A stretch of DNA of 11,636 nucleotides from an uncultured archaeon (GCA_964590575.1 CAZPWM010000101.1:1-11636); one strand, 5' to 3'. Shown: positions 1 through 7,877, numbered from the stretch's first letter. Notes: generated by a model from the letters alone, not told the origin. Made by a program: numbers and translations.

Positions 1-83
1 AAGAATATAGCCCTAGTGGTGTTTAGTAGCAATCTGGAACTATTTTGTTGATTATACTTGTAGACTGACTCATTGCAGTTGTT

Positions 84-920
84 TCAATTCTCTGTCCTGT
101 TCTGAAGATTAATACAATAGTGATGGTGCACATTTGACACGTATGTAGTAGGATATCCCCAGCATCCCAATTTCTTATTGTCTTGACACCAGATCATCTC
201 TTGACGAAGATCGTAGTCTTTCGAAAATACGCGAGCCAAGTCCCAAGCAATTGGTTGCAAAACACCATCAACATCTCTCATGTTTTGGACTACAATCGTG
301 AGGTATGCTCTCTCAGATAACAAAGGTCTGAGTTCACGTATTATCCTACCCACTCCAGTAATATACTCCTCGTAGACCTCTATATTCCCAAGGTCACTTT
401 CTGATTCGCTATAATACTGCTTCAGTCCTTCCTCCTGCCTCTGCTTGTGTATGGATTGATTTCCTCCACGAGATTTTCTTAACATATTCCAATAGGGTGG
501 TGAAGTGATGACATAATCAAATAACGGTATATTCTCGCTGAAGTGGTGCGAGATTAATTCCCTTGAATTAGCAGAATCTCCAAGAAGCAGTGTTTGATGT
601 CCATTACCTGCAGCAATCTGTAGCTCTGCTTTTCCTATATCAACGAACTCCTGATTGAGCTCAATACCAACTGCATTCCTTCCTGTTTCACGACATGCAA
701 CAAGTGTACTACCAACTCCTGCAAACGGATCTAGAACCCACCCGTCTTCTTTGGTGAAGTAAGTAACAAACCGCCTGACCAGTTCCTCTGGATATTTTGC
801 TGGATGACTCATTTGTCCTCGTGACCTTGAACGAGGATTGATCACAAACCATGATTTTGTTGCTTTAACCCATGATTTCGCATCTAAATCGTTCAAGGTA
901 TTGCTAGGTTTCTGAACCAT
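84..920 (-). CDS. Site-specific DNA amino-methyltransferase (N4-cytosine/N6-adenine family, SPPY type)
   Basis: Contains HPAKYPEEL, SAM-binding motif I VLDPFAGVGST, GRNAVGIEL, and catalytic motif IV ITSPPY. The ORF track starts at 959, but ATG 920 (MVQKP) is preceded by GGGTGA on the minus strand and is the likelier start. Confidence 0.88.
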   Translation of the reverse strand: MVQKPSNTLNDLDAKSWVKATKSWFVINPRSRSRGQMSHPAKYPEELVRRFVTYFTKEDGWVLDPFAGVGSTLVACRETGRNAVGIELNQEFVDIGKAELQIAAGNGHQTLLLGDSANSRELISHHFSENIPLFDYVITSPPYWNMLRKSRGGNQSIHKQRQEEGLKQYYSESESDLGNIEVYEEYITGVGRIIRELRPLLSERAYLTIVVQNMRDVDGVLQPIAWDLARVFSKDYDLRQEMIWCQDNKKLGCWGYPTTYVSNVHHHYCINLQNRTEN

Positions 921-1046
921 TCTCTTCACCCGTTCTATCAATAGATGGATTTTGGTCATAAGTCTAGCTTCTTACATGGTAGTTAATCGGGAATTTCTAT
1001 ATTTGAGAAAAGAGTTCATGATATACACTCATGGAGTGAGATTTCT

Positions 1047-1364
1047 ATGGTGAAAATCAGTCCCTTCGTAAAACTACTTCGGGGAGAATATGAACTGACT
1101 GTTATTCTTCTTTTGACACGCCTCAAGGGGAAAGCCAGAGCGGATGAGATAATCAAAGCTGGAATGAAGACCAAGACATTACCTGCCCTGAATGGAGCAC
1201 GAGTTGCTGGTGTTCGAAAATTCCTACTCGACAATGATCTCATCGAGATTCAGAAGGAAGGTAATGAGATAATCCACATTCTCACAAACAGAGGCAAGAA
1301 GCTAGGTAGTCACCTTGATGCCATTGCAAGTTTCATTGTTAAGGACTTAAAATGGACACGTTAG
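1047..1364 (+). CDS. Small winged helix-turn-helix protein, putative transcriptional regulator
   Basis: 105 aa and basic. The C-terminal half LLDNDLIEIQKEGNEIIHILTNRGKKL matches the recognition helix/wing/'LT.kG' pattern of MarR/HxlR/PadR-like wHTH folds. SD-like GGAGTGA lies upstream. Confidence 0.65.
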   Translation: MVKISPFVKLLRGEYELTVILLLTRLKGKARADEIIKAGMKTKTLPALNGARVAGVRKFLLDNDLIEIQKEGNEIIHILTNRGKKLGSHLDAIASFIVKDLKWTR

Positions 1365-1456
1365 ATAGTGGAGTCTTAACATTTATCAACAACCCAGCAC
1401 GCGCGGGGACTGAAGAAATCTCTAGCAGTCATGGTTTTTGACCAAGGCTAGCGATG

Positions 1457-1484
1457 ACCTTAATTCGAGAATGCTCATGCATTC
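1457..1484 (+). promoter_or_regulatory. Putative pstS promoter (ACCTTAAT) followed by a GAATGC-N4-GCATTC palindrome (candidate operator)
   Basis: ACCTTAAT at 1457-1464 recurs upstream of other genes in the window. A perfect 6-bp inverted repeat sits at 1469-1474/1479-1484. Confidence 0.4.
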
Positions 1485-1509
1485 GTGTATATTTTCAGAG
1501 GAATCAAAA

Positions 1510-2571
1510 ATGAGGTCCATTTGGAAACAGAAAAGTGGCTTATTTGCTGGAATGATTATCGGGATTCTTCTCGGAGCTGGAGGGTTAGTTTTTATAAGTC
1601 CCCCTCCTGGCGGTGGCGTTCAAGGTACCATAACTACAGCAGGTTCCTCAACCGTCTACCCTCTGTCACAAATCTGGGCTACAGAGTTCAATGTAGTTTT
1701 CCCAGGGATGACAGTAAATCCTCTCAGCGGAGGATCCGGGTTAGGTCAGTCCGAAGTGGGTCAAGAACTAATTGATATTGGGGCATCAAGTTCGTATCCA
1801 GAACAAAACTACATCGATGAAAATCCTGCAGTGGAGATTCTTCCCATTTCTGCGGATGCCTTAGGAGTAGTAGTCAATGAAGCTGTGAATGGATCATCAT
1901 TCAAGATGGACTGTGATATGGTTGTTGCAGTCTTTCAACGGAATGTTACGACCTGGACTGATTTCTCCTCAATTTTTGGTGTCTCAATTCAACAAACAGG
2001 TCCAATACGAGTCTTTGTCAGATCTGATGCTAGTGGGACAACTGCGACATTCGGGAAGTGGCTTGAAACTGCTGATGAGAATATCAATGCAAATGGAGCA
2101 GAATATGAATGGTTTCTGGGCCATGGAGAAGCGCTCTCATTTCCTGCAGGTGTTAGTGCTGTGGATGGAAATCCCGGAGTGGCTTCAGGTGTTACTGGAG
2201 ACCAAGCAGCGATTGGTTATGTAGGACTCGCATTCTTGGGCGATTTGGTTGCTGCTGATCTTTATAATCCTGGCAACGGAGAATGGGTCAAACCATCCAT
2301 TGCAAATGTTGTCAAGGCTATTCCTACTAATCTCGCAGCACCCGGTCAGGACATTATGAACTCAGATATTGAAGGAGCATACCCAATAGCAAGACTGCTT
2401 TTCTATCTGGTAAATCGAAATCACCTTAGTGGGAGCACAATCATGTACGTTACTTGGTGTCTTGTCCAGGGTCAGAAATACGTGAGTGTTGTGGGCTACG
2501 TGCCAATCAATGGCACTGCAGCTCAAAGATACTCACTCGCTATCATGGGTGCACTCTCTCCTTCTCCATGA
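1510..2571 (+). CDS. pstS: Phosphate ABC transporter substrate-binding protein PstS
   Basis: Motifs AGSSTVYP, SGGSGLG, DIGASS, RSDASGTT, AIGYV and YPIARLLF. N-terminal hydrophobic anchor followed by a PPPGGG linker. First gene of pstCAB-phoU. Likely start is ATG 1510 after GAGGA, not TTG 1438. Confidence 0.93.
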   Translation: MRSIWKQKSGLFAGMIIGILLGAGGLVFISPPPGGGVQGTITTAGSSTVYPLSQIWATEFNVVFPGMTVNPLSGGSGLGQSEVGQELIDIGASSSYPEQNYIDENPAVEILPISADALGVVVNEAVNGSSFKMDCDMVVAVFQRNVTTWTDFSSIFGVSIQQTGPIRVFVRSDASGTTATFGKWLETADENINANGAEYEWFLGHGEALSFPAGVSAVDGNPGVASGVTGDQAAIGYVGLAFLGDLVAADLYNPGNGEWVKPSIANVVKAIPTNLAAPGQDIMNSDIEGAYPIARLLFYLVNRNHLSGSTIMYVTWCLVQGQKYVSVVGYVPINGTAAQRYSLAIMGALSPSP

Positions 2572-2595
2572 AATTACTAGTTGAGGAAAACCTGA

Positions 2596-3642
2596 ATGAC
2601 TGAAACAGAGAACCTAGCAATCGAAAGCGCAGAGATTGAAGACGAGGTGTCGATACTTCGACATTTGAAGAAGCGTATCACAACTCCAATCGTCGACTTT
2701 CTTGCTGCTGACCGGTCTGGAAAGACCGATATGCTTGGTAAAGCGTTCTTGCTAGTTCCCGCTCTAGCTAGCACACTTGTTATTATACTGATTCTCGGTT
2801 TTCTATGGTTCGAATCAACACCAGTCCTTACTGATCCTGCAGGTGGACCAGGAATTATCATTGGTCCTACTTGGGATCCAAATAGAAACCTCTATGGCAT
2901 AGGAATATTCATTGTAGGTTCATTACTTTGTACCCTGATTGCTATTGGGATTGCTGTGCCAGTTGGAATTGGCGGAGCTGTATTCCTTTCAGAGTTCTGC
3001 CCAATGAGACTGCGTCAACCAATCAAAATGATTACTGAAATGATGGCTGCGATTCCTTCGATTGTCTACGGTCTTTGGGCATACATAGTGATGGTCCCCT
3101 ATATCAAAAATACGCTAGCACCAGCTCTACAGAGTAATCCTATTACAGCTTGGATGCCTTGGTTCCAAGGTGACACCAATGGACTGAGCCTATTAGCTGG
3201 TGGGCTGATTTTAGCAATAATGTTGCTCCCAACAGTTGTCACAATCACGACCGACGCATTACAGACGGTACCTAGAAGTCTTCGTGAGGCATCTCTAGCA
3301 CTCGGTGCTACTCAGAGTGAAACCGCTCGGAAGATTGTGATTTCTGCTGCTTTGCCAGGTGTAGGTGCAGCGGTAGTACTCTCACTTGGTCGTGCCGTGG
3401 GAGAAACAATGGCTGTCCTGATGGTCACTGGTAACTCTTTACAAATTCCCTATACTTTGTTCGACCCGACATATGTAATGACCAGTATCATCACTAACCA
3501 ACTTGGTTACGCATTCGTATTTCCACTCTGGCGATCAGCACTCTTCGCAGTAGGTTTGGTTCTCATGATTATTTCGATATGTTTCACTTTGACTGCAAAG
3601 ATGTTCATTCGTTGGGGAATGAAAACAAGGGGGTATATCTAG
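2596..3642 (+). CDS. pstC: Phosphate ABC transporter permease PstC
   Basis: Multiple TM helices, AAIPSIVYGLW, EAA loop REASLALGAT, and GRAVGETMAVLMVTGN. Confidence 0.96.
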   Translation: MTETENLAIESAEIEDEVSILRHLKKRITTPIVDFLAADRSGKTDMLGKAFLLVPALASTLVIILILGFLWFESTPVLTDPAGGPGIIIGPTWDPNRNLYGIGIFIVGSLLCTLIAIGIAVPVGIGGAVFLSEFCPMRLRQPIKMITEMMAAIPSIVYGLWAYIVMVPYIKNTLAPALQSNPITAWMPWFQGDTNGLSLLAGGLILAIMLLPTVVTITTDALQTVPRSLREASLALGATQSETARKIVISAALPGVGAAVVLSLGRAVGETMAVLMVTGNSLQIPYTLFDPTYVMTSIITNQLGYAFVFPLWRSALFAVGLVLMIISICFTLTAKMFIRWGMKTRGYI

Positions 3643-4557
3643 GTGAGTGATCGGATTGATGCCCTGCTTGCATATCTAATGACTGTCACTCAGACTCGCC
3701 GTCATTTCACTGACTTTCTATTCAAGGTCATTCTCGGGATCATCATTCTGATCATTGTTTCTCCTTTCTTCCTGATTCTTATCCAGGTAGCAAGCATTGG
3801 ATTTTGGCAGGTGTTTGGAAGTGGTCCAGGTCAAGGAATCGAATTCTTCACAACCTTCCCTGGAGTTGGTCTAGAAGGAGGAATCAGAAATGCATTTGTT
3901 GGTACTGTCGAATTGATAGTTCTAGCCAGCGTAGTTGGTATTCCCTTGAGTGTATTTGGAGCAGTCTATATAACTGAATACACACAACCTGGTTGGAGTC
4001 GTGCCATTGTAGAATTTGCTTCAGATGTTCTCGCTGGGATTCCCTCAATTGTCTTTGGAGCTTTTTCGTTTGCATTCCTCGTGGACTTCCTCCATCTGGG
4101 CATGGGCATAGTCGCAGGCAGTCTTACACTTGCATTCATGATGATTCCCACTGTACTTCGGACAACGCAAGAGGCTCTCCGGGCGGTTCCAATGTCACTT
4201 AGAGAAGCATCATTAGCACTAGGAGCCACCAAATGGTCCACAACATGGAATGTCACATTACGTGCTGCATTTCCTGGACTGATCACGGGAGTTTTGCTTG
4301 CAATCGGTCGAGTCATGGGTGAAACTGCTCCTTTGATTTTCACTGCTGGAAACAGCTTGAGCGTACCCACTGAGCTAACAGGTTCTGGGTCGTGGGTAGC
4401 ATCGATGCCTTACACGATTTGGGCCTACATAAGTGACCCGCGTGAGTACTTGCAAGCTAAAGCTCATGGCACAGCCCTTGCACTCATGATCATGGTTCTC
4501 ACTGTTGACGTAGTAGCAAATATCATTTCAAGGAAAGTTACAAGGAGGCTAGTCTAA
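3643..4557 (+). CDS. pstA: Phosphate ABC transporter permease PstA
   Basis: LAGIPSIVFG, REASLALGATKW and GRVMGETAPLIFT. The GTG start directly abuts the pstC stop. Confidence 0.96.
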   Translation: MSDRIDALLAYLMTVTQTRRHFTDFLFKVILGIIILIIVSPFFLILIQVASIGFWQVFGSGPGQGIEFFTTFPGVGLEGGIRNAFVGTVELIVLASVVGIPLSVFGAVYITEYTQPGWSRAIVEFASDVLAGIPSIVFGAFSFAFLVDFLHLGMGIVAGSLTLAFMMIPTVLRTTQEALRAVPMSLREASLALGATKWSTTWNVTLRAAFPGLITGVLLAIGRVMGETAPLIFTAGNSLSVPTELTGSGSWVASMPYTIWAYISDPREYLQAKAHGTALALMIMVLTVDVVANIISRKVTRRLV

Positions 4558-5321
4558 TGGCTGATTTTGAATATCATATCGAGGTTCGAAATCTCTCTAC
4601 ATGGTTTGGAAAGAAAGATGTACTAAAGAACATCTCGTGTTACTTTGAAGATAATACAATCACTGCAATTATGGGACCATCGGGGTGTGGCAAAAGCACC
4701 TTGCTTCGAACTCTGAACCGACTCAATGATCTTGTTCCCTCGTTTCGACTTGAGGGTCAAGTCCTGTTTGAGGGAGAGAATATCTACACTCCTGGGTCAA
4801 GTGTATACAACCTTCGAAAACGTATTGGGATGATATTCCAAAGACCCAATCCATTTCCGATGAGTATCTACGAAAACATCACATATGGTCCTAAACTTCA
4901 TGGTGTAAAAGATGAAGATGAGTTGGATAAGTTAGTAGAGCAGTCATTGAAGAAAGCTGCATTATGGGATGAGGTCAAAGATGACTTAGAAAAACCAGCA
5001 CCCAACCTCTCAGGTGGACAACAACAACGCCTTTGTATCGCTAGAGCACTTTCTGTTGACCCCCCGGTGTTATTGGCAGATGAACCGGTGTCTGCTCTTG
5101 ATCCGATAAGCGCTGCAAAAATTGAGGATCTATTAGTGGAGTTGAAGAAAGACTACACAGTCATCTTGGTCACCCATAACGTTCAGCAAGCGTTCAGAGT
5201 ATCAGATCAAGCAGCGTTCCTATATTTGGGTGAGCTAGTTGAGTTTGATAAAACTCGAAGGATTCTTGAGGCACCAGCTGATGAACGAACAGAGGCTTTC
5301 ATCACTGGTCGAATAGGGTAG
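4557..5321 (+). CDS. pstB: Phosphate ABC transporter ATP-binding protein PstB
   Basis: Walker A GPSGCGKST, FQRPNPFPMSIYENI, signature LSGGQQQRLCIARAL, DEPVSALDP, VTHN, and C-terminal FITGRIG. TAATG overlap with pstA. Confidence 0.98.
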   Translation: MADFEYHIEVRNLSTWFGKKDVLKNISCYFEDNTITAIMGPSGCGKSTLLRTLNRLNDLVPSFRLEGQVLFEGENIYTPGSSVYNLRKRIGMIFQRPNPFPMSIYENITYGPKLHGVKDEDELDKLVEQSLKKAALWDEVKDDLEKPAPNLSGGQQQRLCIARALSVDPPVLLADEPVSALDPISAAKIEDLLVELKKDYTVILVTHNVQQAFRVSDQAAFLYLGELVEFDKTRRILEAPADERTEAFITGRIG

Positions 5322-5330
5322 GTGAAACGA

Positions 5331-6017
5331 ATGGCAACACAACTTGAGCAACATTTGCTTTCAATCAACAAGAAGATTCGCAAACTACATGAAATGACCA
5401 CTGATGCATTCATGAGTTCAATGAAGGCGTTTGAACTGCTTGACCAAGATTTGGCAGCCAAAGTTCGAGATATGTCCAATGATATTGAGGAGTTGTCAGG
5501 GTCCATTGAAACCAATATCTTTGAGACCATTGCAAGAAGACAACCTGTAGCAAAAGATCTACGAGAACTTGCAACTTATCTTCAGGTTTCACATCAGTTA
5601 TACAGAATCAGCCGGTATGCATACAAGATAGCCCATATCGTTCGACTTTGCGAAGGACTCGAACATTTCAAAGAACTCATTTCATTACCCTATCTCGCAA
5701 AGCTTGCGAAAGATACTATTGACTTTGCTATGAAGGGAGTCGTCGATAAGGACCTATCAATGATTGGGGAATTAGAGAAACTAGAAGCAGAGAGTGACCG
5801 TGAAACAGGTGAGATGTTCGAGGAGATAACAGAGTATCTTCGGAAAAGAACCGATATCACTACAATGGCGCTGTACTATGTTATTGTCGGTAGGTACTGT
5901 GAACGTGCAGCAGACCATGCATTCTCAATTGCGGAGCGTGCAGTCTATATGGTGACTGGCAAAAAGAAGAAGCTAGGTCTAGCATATAAAGGTCAATCAA
6001 GTAGTCTGCCACACTGA
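5331..6017 (+). CDS. phoU: Phosphate signalling/transport accessory protein PhoU
   Basis: Helical two-repeat protein with IARRQPVAKDLR and RYCERAADHA, located directly after pstB. ATG 5331 has SD GGTGA at 5321-5325; GTG 5322 is the alternative start. Confidence 0.92.
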   Translation: MATQLEQHLLSINKKIRKLHEMTTDAFMSSMKAFELLDQDLAAKVRDMSNDIEELSGSIETNIFETIARRQPVAKDLRELATYLQVSHQLYRISRYAYKIAHIVRLCEGLEHFKELISLPYLAKLAKDTIDFAMKGVVDKDLSMIGELEKLEAESDRETGEMFEEITEYLRKRTDITTMALYYVIVGRYCERAADHAFSIAERAVYMVTGKKKKLGLAYKGQSSSLPH

Positions 6018-6031
6018 GGCTCAATAGGAAT

Positions 6032-6040
6032 ACCTTAATC
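6032..6040 (+). promoter_or_regulatory. Putative TATA-like element upstream of phoU2
   Basis: ACCTTAATC in the 76-bp intergenic gap. The identical 9-mer occurs upstream of the zinc-ribbon gene (9874-9882, minus strand). Confidence 0.4.
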
Positions 6041-6093
6041 CAAGCTGTTGTTGATGAATTATCACAGACAATGTAATGTGAGTTGATGGTTGA

Positions 6094-6778
6094 ATGGATT
6101 CAACTTTGAGTACCAAGACTTCTGACATTGCGAATCATTTGAGGACGCTTCATTCGCTTGTCACAACTGCACTACAGCAAGCAATGGACGCATTCGAGGA
6201 TTTGGACGTTGAACTTGCACGAGAAGCAGGAGCAGTAACTGATCAAGTGGAACATCTCCATCATCTTATCGAGGACTTTGTATTTGAGTCTGTTTCACTA
6301 CATCAGCCAAAAGGAATAGATTTGAGACGATTAATCTCGAAACAACACGTCAAATAGCCTGCGAAGGATTGGTCAATATGCAGATAAAATTGTAAAGATT
6401 GTTGAGCTATGTGAGGATTTAGACCATTTCAAAGAACTTGAGTCATTACCATATCTAACAGAACTTAGTACATCAGCAATCGATACGAGCATGAGAGCAG
6501 TCCTAGATGAAGACCTCTCAGAGATTAGTGAACTAGAAAAGCTAGAGGCACAAAGCGATAGAGAGGCAGTCGATATGTTCGAAGAGATCGCAGAATACCT
6601 GAGCCATCGGAGAGACATTAGTGAGATGGCAATGTACTACATCATTGTGGGAAGGTATTGTGAGCGTGCTGCTGACCAAGCCATTAGAATTGCTGAGTCT
6701 GCAATATTCACCATTACCGGTGAACGTAAAAAACTTGGATTGGAGCACGAAGACGAATCTGAGAGCATGCTCGATTGA
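6094..6778 (+). pseudogene. phoU: Second phoU paralog interrupted by a frameshift (pseudogene, recoding site or assembly error)
   Basis: Frame of 6094 gives ...HQPKGIDLRRLISKQHVK*. The +1 frame continues TSNSLRRIGQYADKIVKIVELCEDLDHFKELESLPYL...GRYCERAADQA, co-linear with PhoU1 VSHQLYRISRYAYKIAHIVRLCEGLEHFKELISLPYL...GRYCERAADHA. Confidence 0.88.
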
Positions 6779-6786
6779 CGATACCT

Positions 6787-7305
6787 TCAAACCTTCGGAT
6801 AACGAATCTCTTTGACAAGCTCCTCAAAAGCTTTGTTGACATTTTGGTTCTCTAAAGCACTTGTTCGAATCCATTTCAAGCCACGTGACTCGAGAATACC
6901 AGTGATTTGTTCTTCTGATATAATAGATTCCAGATCTATTTTGTTCTCTACAGCAACTACTGCGACTTTTCCAGCCGCTGCATAAAGTGAATTCAACCAG
7001 TCATCAACATGTTGCAATGTTTCCACACGGGTCCTATCAAAAACAAAAAACGCTCCAGATGCCTGGGCACAGTACTGCTCTCGCAAGGCTGAGAATGCCA
7101 CCTGACCTCCAAGATCCCAAATCACCAATTTGTGTTTTGATCCATCGAAATCTACTGATTTTACATGTAGCATAGCTCCGATGGTGCGACCAATGTCGGG
7201 GGCTAGACTATCGTATACATATCGCTGAACAAGAGAAGTTTTACCTACTCCACTATCACCTAGAAAGACCAGTTTATGGACGAAGTCTGGGTCTGCCCCT
7301 GTCAC
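6787..7305 (-). CDS. Rab-like small GTPase (Ras superfamily), paralog B
   Basis: G1 GDSGVGKT, G2 RTIG, G3 WDLGGQ, G4 ENKID, G5 TSAL. No C-terminal Cys motif. Likely start is GTG 7305 with SD GAGGAG (7316-7321); the ORF track starts at 7350. Confidence 0.93.
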   Translation of the reverse strand: MTGADPDFVHKLVFLGDSGVGKTSLVQRYVYDSLAPDIGRTIGAMLHVKSVDFDGSKHKLVIWDLGGQVAFSALREQYCAQASGAFFVFDRTRVETLQHVDDWLNSLYAAAGKVAVVAVENKIDLESIISEEQITGILESRGLKWIRTSALENQNVNKAFEELVKEIRYPKV

Positions 7306-7333
7306 ATTTAAGCAACTCCTCACATGTATTGAA

Positions 7334-7861
7334 TCAGAATTTCTTGTCACGTGATTTATTTAGAATATCACGAGTCATTTGTCTAAATGCTTCTTCAACA
7401 TTTGTATCTTCCTTTGCGCTAGTAGGGATTAACGAAATACCGTGTTTCTTCGCTACATCTTCCTTTACTTCATTTGGTATTGCACTCTCGAGATCGACTT
7501 TGTTCTCAAGAAGTACCAGAGGTATCTTACCAGTCACTGTAAAGAGAGCATTCAGCCACTCGTCGACCCGTTCAATTGTTTCAGGTCTCGTTGTATCAAA
7601 AACAAAAAATGCTGCAGATGCATTCATGTAGTAGGCTCGGCGAAGCTGGGCAAAGTTGTCCTGCCCTGCTATATCCCAAATGACCAACTTAACAACTGTG
7701 TCCGAAACATTGACCATCTTCACATGAATGTCCGTGCCAATTGTGGCTAGGTAGTCGCCTTCAAAACTGTCATAGACATATCGTCCCACTAGACTAGTCT
7801 TACCTACTGCGCCTTCGCCTAGAAATACAATTTTAAAGAGATAATCTACAGCTTCTGGCAA
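7334..7861 (-). CDS. Rab-like small GTPase (Ras superfamily), paralog A
   Basis: DYLFKIVFLG, G1 GEGAVGKT, G2 YLATIG, G3 WDIAGQ, G4 ENKVD, G5 TSAK. No prenylation motif. Start is probably TTG 7861 (SD GGAG upstream, and length matches paralog B); ATG 7912 is the alternative. Confidence 0.93.
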   Translation of the reverse strand: MPEAVDYLFKIVFLGEGAVGKTSLVGRYVYDSFEGDYLATIGTDIHVKMVNVSDTVVKLVIWDIAGQDNFAQLRRAYYMNASAAFFVFDTTRPETIERVDEWLNALFTVTGKIPLVLLENKVDLESAIPNEVKEDVAKKHGISLIPTSAKEDTNVEEAFRQMTRDILNKSRDKKF

Positions 7862-7877
7862 GGTCTGTGTACTCCGC

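Noticed and set aside
1-83. 3' end of a convergent gene at the left edge
   Set aside because: Only short open frames (at most 16 codons on the + strand) with no identifiable motif.
1-959. Restriction-modification or defence island, or mobile element
   Set aside because: No nuclease, integrase, transposase or terminal repeats are visible. The 83 nt beyond the MTase stop are too short to judge.
1365-1509. Bacterial Pho box or a known riboswitch upstream of pstS
   Set aside because: No CTGTCAT 11-bp-period direct repeats, and no riboswitch consensus I could match by eye.
6062-6081. TCACA-N10-TGTGA inverted repeat upstream of phoU2 (CRP-like half-sites)
   Set aside because: Orientation and spacing differ from the CRP site TGTGA-N6-TCACA, the arms are only 5 bp, and it is not repeated at pstS.
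6355-6390. Pyrrolysine/amber read-through of the phoU2 TAG
   Set aside because: Read-through stays in the wrong frame (PAKDWSICR, then TAA). PhoU homology continues only in the +1 frame.
6491-6778. 95-aa ORF as an independent gene
   Set aside because: PhoU homology extends about 48 codons upstream of its ATG in the same frame, so it is the distal part of frameshifted phoU2.
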